64,000 bases of DNA from Paraburkholderia sp. (GTDB lineage: Bacteria > Pseudomonadota > Gammaproteobacteria > Burkholderiales > Burkholderiaceae): the NCBI RefSeq assembly GCF_049581445.1, contig NZ_JBAURZ010000343.1, positions 39-64,038 on the forward strand, written 5' to 3'. The notes below the pieces were generated by a model that saw only the letters and a list, made by a program, of their open reading frames with translations, did not search any database and was not told where the DNA came from. Position 1 is the first letter of the stretch; every line of letters starts with the position of its first letter. This document shows positions 56,484 to 64,000 of this stretch, in pieces. The translations under genes were made by a program, and so were the position numbers.

Positions 56484-56807
56484 TGCGCGATCGGTCACGG
56501 GGAAGGTGTTAACGGCGATTACGGTCCGTGCCGGCGGTATCTCTATCACGGCGATCATGGTCTTTTCATCATTACCCAACCGCTCGACCAGCAGCCGGCT
56601 ACCCACGCCAATGGTGGCACAATCGGTTTTGTCTGCCAGTCTGCTGACCAGGTCGATCTCTGGCATGCTGCCGGGGTCGCCCAGGGTGGCGCATCGGTCG
56701 AAGACCCACCCGGCGTGCGCGGCGCGCAGGCGGGCGGCCTGTATCTCGCCTATCTGCGCGACCCGGACGGCAACAAGCTCTGCGCTTTGTATCGCATGCC
56801 GGACTGA
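56484..56807 (+). pseudogene. VOC/glyoxalase-family gene lacking about 25 N-terminal codons
   Basis: '..HGEGVNGDYGPCRRYLYHGDHGLFIITQPLD..GGTIGFVCQSADQVDLWHAAG..GLYLAYLRDPDGNKLCALYRMPD*'. There is no in-frame start codon between the ohr stop and the homologous region. Confidence 0.55.
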
Positions 56808-56990
56808 GGCAAAGACAGCGCTGGACCGCTCTCGGCCTGCCATGCATATTGTGGTAAACAGCGCTGCCCCCATATGCAACCAAGGTGGGCGAAGCCATTC
56901 CGGCCGGCGCATCAGCTGAGAGCCGGCGAGCTAACGCATTGAAGATTGATGTACTTGGTGGCATATCGCCACTCACGGAGAGAAACGAAT

Positions 56991-57512
56991 ATGACGACGC
57001 AAACTGAAACCGCCGTTCTGGCTGGCGGGTGTTTCTGGGGCATGCAGGACCTGCTGCGGCGCTACCCCGGCGTGCTGTCGACGCGAGTCGGCTACACCGG
57101 TGGTGACGTGCCCAATGCCACTTATCGTAATCATGGCACGCACGCCGAGGGCATCGAGATCGTGTTCGACCCGAGCCAGATCAGCTATCGCCAGATTCTC
57201 GAATTTTTCTTCCAGATCCACGATCCGACAACCGTCAACCGCCAGGGCAACGACATCGGGACGAGCTATCGCTCGGCGATCTTCTATCTCAACGACGAGC
57301 AGAAGCAGGTGGCCGTGAACACCGTGGCGGACGCCGACGCATCCGGCCTTTGGCCCGGCAAGGTCGTCACTGAAATCGTTGCCGCGGGCCCCTTCTGGGA
57401 AGCTGAGCCGGAACATCAGGACTATCTGGAGCGGCTTCCCAACGGATACACCTGTCACTTCATCCGGCCAGGCTGGAAATTGCCGGTACGTGAAGCCAAG
57501 GCAGCGGGTTGA
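56991..57512 (+). CDS. msrA: Peptide methionine-S-sulfoxide reductase MsrA
   Basis: 173 aa. Active site 'GGCFWGMQD', plus 'GYTGG', '[11 protein letters not shown]' and '[13 protein letters not shown]'. Confidence 0.9.
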   Translation: MTTQTETAVLAGGCFWGMQDLLRRYPGVLSTRVGYTGGDVPNATYRNHGTHAEGIEIVFDPSQISYRQILEFFFQIHDPTTVNRQGNDIGTSYRSAIFYLNDEQKQVAVNTVADADASGLWPGKVVTEIVAAGPFWEAEPEHQDYLERLPNGYTCHFIRPGWKLPVREAKAAG

Positions 57513-57549
57513 GTCGCAGATCCGGTAAGGCGAACTCATGATCGCGAGC

Positions 57550-57580
57550 GGCCTTGAACCATGTTCCACGGTTCAAGGCC
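57550..57580 (+). terminator. Strong hairpin after msrA (11-bp perfect stem, 9-nt loop)
   Basis: GGCCTTGAACC-atgttccac-GGTTCAAGGCC. Only a weak T-tract follows (gccaggTTTg), so it may be a terminator or an RNA-stability element. Confidence 0.4.
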
Positions 57581-57672
57581 GCCAGGTTTGCGGCGGCATC
57601 CTTGGAAAGCGCCGAATCTCCATGAGGCATCATGGGTTACGTTGACGCGGCGGCAGGCTCATGTTTAATCTA

Positions 57673-57701
57673 TTGCGATCCAATCGCATGCGATATAGAA
57701 T
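57673..57701 (+). promoter_or_regulatory. Candidate sigma70 promoter of ohrR copy 2, with the ATCGCATGCGAT palindrome in its spacer
   Basis: -35 TTGCGA (57673..57678), a 17-nt spacer containing the palindrome (57683..57694), and -10 TAGAAT (57696..57701). Confidence 0.45.
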
Positions 57702-57737
57702 GCTGTCATCTCAGACATCAGCCTTTAGCCAACGAGG

Positions 57738-58205
57738 ATGCCAATGAAATCCACGGACCAATCGTCCACCGCGACGCCGCCGCTTTCCGACTTCCTGTGC
57801 TTCGCGGTTTACTCTGCGAATCTTGCGTTCGGCAAGGCGTACAAATCTATCCTCGATCAGCTTGGGCTGACCTATCCGCAATACATTACGATCATTGCGC
57901 TATGGGAGGAAGAAGACCAGACAGTCAGCGGTCTGGGTGAGAAGCTGTTTCTGGCATCCAACACGCTCACGCCGATTTTGAAGAAGCTCGAAGCGATGGG
58001 TTATGTGGACCGGCAGCGGGATGCCGAAGACGAACGCCAGGTGCGGGTCAGCCTCACGAAAAGCGGCCGGCGGCTGCGCGAAAAAGGCATGACTATGAAC
58101 CTCGTCGAAGCGACGGGTCTGTCGCCGGACGAGTTCGCGAAGGTGCAGAGGGCGATCGTGATGCTGCGTAACAATCTCATCGAGTCAGTTCAATCCGAGG
58201 AGTGA
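57738..58205 (+). CDS. ohrR: OhrR (MarR family), copy 2 (1-Cys type)
   Basis: 155 aa. 'DFLCFAVYSANLAF' holds the only Cys. It is highly similar to copy 1 throughout. Confidence 0.9.
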   Translation: MPMKSTDQSSTATPPLSDFLCFAVYSANLAFGKAYKSILDQLGLTYPQYITIIALWEEEDQTVSGLGEKLFLASNTLTPILKKLEAMGYVDRQRDAEDERQVRVSLTKSGRRLREKGMTMNLVEATGLSPDEFAKVQRAIVMLRNNLIESVQSEE

Positions 58206-58322
58206 GCGGTGATTGGCTGGATTATTCGTTACGCGGTTTTCGGCCCCGCATAGCCATTCGACACAGGTTCCCGGTTCGCCGACAATCGACGCATCCAGAA
58301 TAACCTCGACGGAAGACGCGCG

Positions 58323-58856
58323 ATGTCGCCACTGCCGACAGAAATTCAGATTGAATCGTCCAGACTCTCGATCAAACCGTTTACGCCTAACGATGCGCAT
58401 GAGGCGTTCTCCTGCATTACGCCTTCACTGACACGTTATATGGCGTGGGAGCCGCCGGCGTCGCGGGACAAATTCGATGTTGTTTGGCAGTCCTGGCTAC
58501 CGTCCATAGACGATGGATCGGACTATGTGTTCGTGATACGTCGACGCGTTGACCGAAGCTTCCTTGGCTTGACCGGCCTTCACCGCGCAACGACCGAGAC
58601 TCCGGAACTCGGTATCTGGATTCGCGAGGATCATCATCGGCACGGTTTTGGCCGGGAAGCCGTGATGCTGGTTGCGGATTGGGCAACGCGAACCATTGGT
58701 TTTGAAAGCTTTGTTTATCCGGTTGCGGAAGAAAACCATCCCAGCCGACGCATCGCCGAATCGTTAGGCGGTGTCATCATAGGAAGCCGCGTGACGCCGA
58801 AGTACAGGTCTGTCATCTACCGGATTCCCGCCCAGCGATCGACCGGGGATGCATGA
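58323..58856 (+). CDS. GNAT-family N-acetyltransferase (RimJ/RimL-like)
   Basis: 177 aa. 'LGIWIREDHHRHGFGREAVMLVADWA..VAEENHPSRRIAESLGG'. Confidence 0.8.
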   Translation: MSPLPTEIQIESSRLSIKPFTPNDAHEAFSCITPSLTRYMAWEPPASRDKFDVVWQSWLPSIDDGSDYVFVIRRRVDRSFLGLTGLHRATTETPELGIWIREDHHRHGFGREAVMLVADWATRTIGFESFVYPVAEENHPSRRIAESLGGVIIGSRVTPKYRSVIYRIPAQRSTGDA

Positions 58857-59024
58857 ATGAGCGGGCGCAGAGTCGCCGCCCGCAACCGATGAGCGACGCA
58901 CCTTGTTCCACGACAACGCTGAGAGTGAGTACCGGCTCTGAGATCACGCGCACGTGAACGAATCAATGTTGCCGCGCGACGAGCTTATGTGTAGTGTTAT
59001 TAAGCTCGGACCCGGAGTTTCAAA

Positions 59025-59411
59025 ATGGCACATATCATCCACGATGTTGGTGTCGCCAGTCAGATTGGCGCATATAGCGATTCGATCGAAACACGTCCAG
59101 GTCAGAGGTGGTTATTCACATCCGGCAATCCTGGACTTTCACCCTCCGGCGAGCTTCCAACGGGCATCAACGCTCAGAGCGAACTCGCCTGGGAGAATTG
59201 TCTGCGCGAACTGGAGGCGGCGGGTATGACCGTGACCGACATCGTGAAGGTCACGCAGTACCTCACGCGCGCGGACGACATTCCCAGCTACGCACAGGTG
59301 CGAAACCGCTTCCTGAACGGGGCTCGGCCCGCTTCGATGCTCTTGATCATTCCACAGCTCGTCTGGCCTGAGATGCTGGTCGAAGTCGAAATCATCGCGG
59401 CAAAAGAATAG
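59025..59411 (+). CDS. RidA/YjgF/UK114-family protein
   Basis: 128 aa. 'LFTSGNPGL..DIVKVTQYLT..MLVEVEIIA'. Confidence 0.8.
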   Translation: MAHIIHDVGVASQIGAYSDSIETRPGQRWLFTSGNPGLSPSGELPTGINAQSELAWENCLRELEAAGMTVTDIVKVTQYLTRADDIPSYAQVRNRFLNGARPASMLLIIPQLVWPEMLVEVEIIAAKE

Positions 59412-59572
59412 TCGCTCAGTACTTCACGCGCGATCTCGCCGACCCGGATTTTCGGCGCGTTACCATCGAGGTAATCGAGGCCCGGGCAGTTCACCGGCGT
59501 GCCAGCGCGAGCGGAGCAGCGGTCCGATGAGGCGGAAACAATGGGCTGTGTTTGCGAGGAGGGTCGGCGAAC

Positions 59573-61789
59573 ATGAAATCAGCTCGGCTCCGAGCGGTCG
59601 CCCAGGACGCCGCAGGCGGTCTCGCGGGTGCTTTGACCGTCGTCCCTATCATCCTCAGTTGTGGCGCCGTGCTGTACGAAAGCATGGGTTCAGCGTGGGT
59701 GACGGCCGGTATATCGGCGGCCTTTGTCGCGGCGGTGGTGGCGGCGATTGTGTCGGCGCTGTCAGGCGGAACGCCATTGCACATGAATTCGCCGAAAACA
59801 ACGCATGCGGCTATTTTGTCCGGATTGATCGCGAGCGTAGCCACGGATCCCTTGTTTGCAGCAGGAAGTGGTGGTGGCGCTGCGCTCGTAATTGTCGCGT
59901 GCGCCGCCTTACTCGTGTCTGGCATCGTGCAGTCAATTCTGGGTGTGTCGCGCCTGGGTATGCTTGTGAAGTTTGTTCCGTATCCCGTCCTCGCGGGCTT
60001 CATTAACGGATTTGCGATCCAGATTATCCTCAATCAGCTTCCCCGCGCTCTCGCGATCGAGGGGCCGGAGGAACTGCTGAGGGCGATGAGCGGTACTGTG
60101 CCGGTCAACTGGTGGGCATTGGGATTCGCCATCGTATCCGGCGCATTCGTCATACTTGCGAAGAAAAGAAGTGGGCCAATTCCAGCAGCATTGATTGGTC
60201 TGTTTGGCGGTACGGCACTTCATATGCTGTGCTTGCGGTTTATTCCCCACGAGGACCTGGGTGCGGTTATCGGAGCGCTCCCGCCTGGCATACCGCTGAT
60301 CCTGCGTACCACTGACATCCTGAACTTCGTCACCTCCGCGGGTTTTCACAATCACGCCGCTGTGATACTGGCGACCGGCATCACGCTTGCGCTCGTATCG
60401 TCAATACAGTCCTTGCTGAGCATTTCGAGCACTGAGCAGCTCTTCGGGGCGCGCCACAGCAGTAATCGTGAACTGATCGTGCAAGGCGCCTCCAACATCG
60501 TCTCTGCACTGTTTGGCGGCGGCCCCAGCGGAGGATCGCCAAACATTACCCGAATCGTCCACGCAAGCGGCGGACGTACACAGTTCGCGAACCTTGCGTA
60601 CGCATGCGTGCTTCTGGCGCTGTCCTATGGATTGAACCGGATTGTCGGCCTGATCCCACTGTCGGTCATGGCCGGTGTGGTGATCGTGACCAGCGCGGAG
60701 GCGATGGACAAGTGGACGCATCAACTGCTGCTCGGAGTGGGTTATGGCGGCCATTCTTCGACCCGATGGGAGATTTTGCTCAACCTGGCGCTGGTGTTTG
60801 TCGTGACCGCGCTGGTCGTCTTCACCAACGTACTGGTTGCGCTGGGTGCGGGTTTCGCCGCTGCGTTGATCGCATTCATCTATCGCTCGAATGCCCAGAT
60901 GATCCGCCGCGTACAACACGCAACGCAGCTTCGCTCCAGAACGGGAAGATCGCGTGCATCGCTTGAAGCACTTGGCCAGCACGGTCACCGGATCGCTATC
61001 GTCGAACTTGATGGCCCGCTCTTCTTCGGCTCGGCGGAGCGGGTGGAGCGAGTCGTGGGAGACGAATTATCCGGCAGCGACTGGGTGTTGCTCGACCTGA
61101 AACGCATCAGCCATTTCGACAGCAGCGGCGTATTGATGTTAAAGCGCCTCGATGAATTGCTGGTTAGGTCCGGCAGGCGTCTGTTTCTTGCGCCGCTTTT
61201 TGCCGAGGGACGTCGCCGGAAGTTTCTGGTGGAGTGGGGACTGACGAAACCGGAGGCTGAGGGGCGCGTATTTGAAAGCACGGACGCCGCGCTATCCCGG
61301 GCGGAAGACGAACTGCTCGACAAGCTGGTCACGCCGGATATCGATGAGGAAATCGGGCTGGCCGCGTTTCCGTTGACTCAGAACATGGACGATGACGAGC
61401 GCGCGGTGGTTGCGCGGTTGGCGATGCGCAAATCCTTTGCCGCCGGTGATGTCGTGACCCAAGGCGATGGTGCGGGTGATGGCTTGATCCTGGTGGCGCG
61501 AGGGCGGCTCAGTGTCCTGTGGGAGAAGGACGGCAAGACGGTGCGCGCGGCCAGTTATCAGGCCGGCACGGCGCTCGGCGAAATACCGTTGATGCTGGAG
61601 CGACGACGCGTGGTAAAGCTCATGGCCGATACGCCCACGGTTTTGCTGGAGATATCGCCGGATGCGCTCGATCATCTGCGCACGACGATGCCAACCCTCG
61701 ACGCGAAACTGATGCGGAATCTGAATGCTGAGATGGGCCGCCGCCTCTGTGATCTGCTTGAAACTCTACGAGACGTCGATGCTGATTGA
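59573..61789 (+). CDS. SulP-family anion transporter with C-terminal STAS and cyclic-nucleotide-binding domains
   Basis: The transmembrane SulP core is about 480 aa. STAS: 'IAIVELDGPLFFGSAERV..LDLKRISHFDSSGVLML'. cNMP-like: 'FAAGDVVTQGDGAGDGLILVARGRLSV..GTALGEIPLM'. Start set at ATG 59573. Confidence 0.8.
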   Translation: MKSARLRAVAQDAAGGLAGALTVVPIILSCGAVLYESMGSAWVTAGISAAFVAAVVAAIVSALSGGTPLHMNSPKTTHAAILSGLIASVATDPLFAAGSGGGAALVIVACAALLVSGIVQSILGVSRLGMLVKFVPYPVLAGFINGFAIQIILNQLPRALAIEGPEELLRAMSGTVPVNWWALGFAIVSGAFVILAKKRSGPIPAALIGLFGGTALHMLCLRFIPHEDLGAVIGALPPGIPLILRTTDILNFVTSAGFHNHAAVILATGITLALVSSIQSLLSISSTEQLFGARHSSNRELIVQGASNIVSALFGGGPSGGSPNITRIVHASGGRTQFANLAYACVLLALSYGLNRIVGLIPLSVMAGVVIVTSAEAMDKWTHQLLLGVGYGGHSSTRWEILLNLALVFVVTALVVFTNVLVALGAGFAAALIAFIYRSNAQMIRRVQHATQLRSRTGRSRASLEALGQHGHRIAIVELDGPLFFGSAERVERVVGDELSGSDWVLLDLKRISHFDSSGVLMLKRLDELLVRSGRRLFLAPLFAEGRRRKFLVEWGLTKPEAEGRVFESTDAALSRAEDELLDKLVTPDIDEEIGLAAFPLTQNMDDDERAVVARLAMRKSFAAGDVVTQGDGAGDGLILVARGRLSVLWEKDGKTVRAASYQAGTALGEIPLMLERRRVVKLMADTPTVLLEISPDALDHLRTTMPTLDAKLMRNLNAEMGRRLCDLLETLRDVDAD

Positions 61790-62048
61790 GCGGCGAGCGT
61801 CACTATGATGCGAATCGCCAGCGAGTGTCTCCGGCCGACCGGGAATGTCTCATGATTTGAGCGATGCGGTCCGATCATTTCAGTTCTTCACTGGGTCGTA
61901 CTTGACCTCGGCAGGTCAGCTGGCGACTTCAGACCGAAGCTGCGCTTGCTGTGATCGGAGGCTGCGAAAAATGCGGGGATCCAGCATGCAGAATATAAAA
62001 AGTCAGACTACGCTTTAACCACATCAACCCCGCTACCCGAGGTCCGCC

Positions 62049-63185
62049 ATGTCCACAGGTACTGTGTCAACGTCCGGCGCGGCGAAACCGGCAATAGCGC
62101 TTGCCTTGCAAGGCGGCGGCGGCCTGGGCGCTTATCACATTGGCGCCTATGAAGCGCTTGCGGAAGAGGGTTGGCTACCTGACTGGGTGTGCGGTACTTC
62201 GATCGGTGCCTTCAATGCAGCGGTAATCGCTGGCAATGCGCCGGAGCACCGTGTCGCCAAGCTGGAGGGACTTTGGAACGACATTTCATGGCCGGACGTT
62301 TGTCTACCCGCCCATGCTCTTCAATTGCGCTTTTTGCATAATGCGGCGAGTTATGCAAATGCCCTTTTGTTCGGGCAACCTAACTTCTTCATGCCCCGTA
62401 ACCCTGTTTCTACACTCGCTCCTGACATGCCACCGCAAGAGGTGAGCTTTTACGACACGACGCCGTTAATGTCCACGCTGCGGCGTTTCGCGGAGTTCCC
62501 CATAGACCGAAAAACGGCTGTGCGACTGAGTCTCGGTGCGACCGAAATCGAAACGGGCAACATTCATTATTTCGACAGCACGCATGACGTTATCGGACCC
62601 GCGCACGTGTTGGCCAGTGGGTCCCTGCCGCCCGGTTTCCCCGCGACACTTGTGGATGGCAAGTTGTATTGGGACGGCGCTTGCGTATCGAATACGCCCT
62701 TGGACGAAATCATCAAGGAGTCCAATCATGCTCACCTCGTCGTGTTCATGATCGATCTATGGAACGCCGCCGGCAAGGCACCCAGAAACATGAACGCGGT
62801 CTTTTGGCGGATGAAGCAAATCGAGTATGCCAGCCGAGCCGATTACCACCTCAAGTCCGTTGCGAACAAGGTCAGATTAGATCAGGCGGCGCAACTGCTG
62901 AATGCGCGCAATGCTGCGGAATCCGTCGCCGTGCCGGATGATCCGATACTGCGCACCCAGCGACTAGACATCGTGCATGTCATCTATCATCCAGGTCCCG
63001 ATCAAATCCCCGAGAGCGACGCAGAATTCTCACGCGAATCAATCGCTGAGCGCCGACACGCAGGCTACGCCGATCTAAAGGGGGCGATTGCAAAGGCGCC
63101 TTGGTTGACCGAGGCGTTGCCTGCTCATCTCGGCGTGCTCGTCCATCACGTCGAAAATGGCCAGGTGACGACAGAGCCTGTGTGA
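62049..63185 (+). CDS. Patatin-like phospholipase
   Basis: Oxyanion motif 'LQGGGGLGAYHIG', nucleophile 'GTSIG', catalytic Asp in 'YWDGACVSNTP'. Confidence 0.85.
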   Translation: MSTGTVSTSGAAKPAIALALQGGGGLGAYHIGAYEALAEEGWLPDWVCGTSIGAFNAAVIAGNAPEHRVAKLEGLWNDISWPDVCLPAHALQLRFLHNAASYANALLFGQPNFFMPRNPVSTLAPDMPPQEVSFYDTTPLMSTLRRFAEFPIDRKTAVRLSLGATEIETGNIHYFDSTHDVIGPAHVLASGSLPPGFPATLVDGKLYWDGACVSNTPLDEIIKESNHAHLVVFMIDLWNAAGKAPRNMNAVFWRMKQIEYASRADYHLKSVANKVRLDQAAQLLNARNAAESVAVPDDPILRTQRLDIVHVIYHPGPDQIPESDAEFSRESIAERRHAGYADLKGAIAKAPWLTEALPAHLGVLVHHVENGQVTTEPV

Positions 63186-63301
63186 GACCGGCTTGGAATC
63201 CGCAAATCAAAACCGCCAGATAGGATCCTCGTTTCAATCTCGCTGTTCTGCTTCACCGCACGTCCCTAAAGCTTTCCAGTTGCGCGGTCGATAACAGCTT
63301 C

Positions 63302-63637
63302 ATGGGCAAAGCCAAGCTCGCTCCAGCCTCGAATCGGCTTGCGACGCTGCTTTATCGAATTGTTAAGTTGATCGAAAGCGATAGCATGAAATACTTTTTC
63401 GACAAAGCGCTCGCCGAGCGATATGGATACGGCCTGGCCGTGTTCATCGCTGCCGAGACTTCCGACCTTCAACGTGCGATCGATCGCACGAACGCTCGAC
63501 GCGAGCGCGACGGCCGCAGTCTGCTCGCAGCCGTGCTGGTGGAGGACGTTATCTCCGTCATGCGAAAAAGGGGCATGCTCCCGGTGCAACCGAGTGAAGA
63601 CGACTCCAACGTGACAGACGCAGGCGCGGCGGGTTGA
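63302..63637 (+). CDS. Hypothetical protein (weak call; may start at ATG 63386)
   Basis: ORF only. The plus frame has higher third-position GC than the overlapping minus ORF 63266..63589. No motif recognised. Confidence 0.3.
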   Translation: MGKAKLAPASNRLATLLYRIVKLIESDSMKYFFDKALAERYGYGLAVFIAAETSDLQRAIDRTNARRERDGRSLLAAVLVEDVISVMRKRGMLPVQPSEDDSNVTDAGAAG

Positions 63638-63719
63638 TTACGATGCGATCCGCCCGGCCGGAGTGATCCGAAAGGGAGTGTGTGGCGCGTCAGAATCAGA
63701 CCGGAGCGATCCAGGACAA

Positions 63720-64000
63720 TCAGTAAGACCAGTAGCCGAAGCGTTGCGGGTAGCCATAAACCACGGGGGCCGGTGCGTACGCAACAGGGGGCGGAGCGTA
63801 AGCCGGGACCGTGCTATAGACGGCCGGCTGGGAAATGGTGTTGCCCTTCGAGGCCATACATTGCGAGTAGGCGGCGTCGTAGCGTGCCTGCAGACTGCCC
63901 GATGTAGCTTGCGCATTGTTCGCGCCAACCGCACTACCAAACAACAGGCCCGCGCCCGCGCCGATTGCTGCGCCGACGCCAGCATTGCCTGCCGCTGCGC
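63720..64000 (-). CDS. Glycine-zipper family small membrane/lipoprotein, 5' end outside the window
   Basis: The reading frame is open to the window edge: 'AAAGNAGVGAAIGAGAGLLFGSAVGANN..LQARYDAAYSQCMASKGN', followed by a Pro/Tyr-rich tail. Confidence 0.65.
   Translation of the reverse strand, partial: AAAGNAGVGAAIGAGAGLLFGSAVGANNAQATSGSLQARYDAAYSQCMASKGNTISQPAVYSTVPAYAPPPVAYAPAPVVYGYPQRFGYWSY

Noticed and set aside
59491-60033. 180-aa minus-strand ORF overlapping the SulP 5' region
   Set aside because: It is antisense to the SulP membrane core, has an Ala/Pro/Thr-rich composition and has no start context.
1-64000. Search for CRISPR arrays, tRNA/rRNA genes, transposases, integrases, phage genes, toxin-antitoxin pairs or known defence-system genes
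   Set aside because: I found none by eye. The only multi-copy DNA elements are the ohr-associated duplications, the OMF 3' repeat and the hexanucleotide microsatellite. This is an absence claim made without tools. It should be confirmed with tRNAscan-SE, ISfinder, PADLOC and DefenseFinder.

Overview
GC-rich (about 60% by eye) proteobacterial DNA. The proteins look Burkholderiaceae-like (Burkholderia/Paraburkholderia/Caballeronia), but that is inference only. All calls come from reading the ORF translations and the DNA by eye. No BLAST, HMM or RNA folding was run. I saw no rRNA, tRNA, CRISPR array, transposase or integrase.

Content: about 55 apparently intact CDS plus at least 14 gene remnants.

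(1) 0.3-11 kb, oxidant-stress locus. It holds three tandem ohr paralogs, a 1-Cys ohrR, an RclR-like AraC regulator, an AhpD-like gene and a tripartite RND efflux operon in the order RND-MFP-OMF. A ~106-nt upstream cassette is present three times in this locus. Duplication scars (DUF417 and VOC gene fragments) are interspersed.

(2) 11-20 kb: LysR regulator, intact DUF417 (YkgB/RclC-like) gene, TetR/SnoaL pair, secreted DUF2252 protein, S9 peptidase.

(3) 20-28 kb: a second, inverted paralogous RND-MFP-OMF operon, then an MFS transporter and a beta-carbonic anhydrase.

(4) 28.6-34.2 kb: NUDIX hydrolase, an orphan substrate-binding protein, and an unusual NRPS-like tridomain protein (acetoacetyl-CoA-synthetase-type adenylation domain + carrier domain + thioesterase) with its own Sfp-type PPTase.

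(5) 34-55 kb, a mixed accessory region with many decayed genes. Intact genes include a 1-Cys peroxiredoxin, a persulfide dioxygenase-rhodanese fusion, an SDR, hydrolases, a LuxR regulator with degenerate HD domains, a stand-alone ACP plus an ACAD-fold protein, and a DsbG-like protein.

(6) 55.9-64 kb: a second ohr/ohrR module with msrA, then GNAT, RidA, a SulP-STAS-cNMP transporter and a patatin.

Most interesting:
- the triplicated upstream cassette with 21-bp-spaced direct repeats;
- the two Ohr sublineages, each tied to a different upstream element;
- the AacS-like A-T-TE/PPTase pair;
- the orphan ACP/ACAD pair;
- the very high pseudogene density without visible IS elements.
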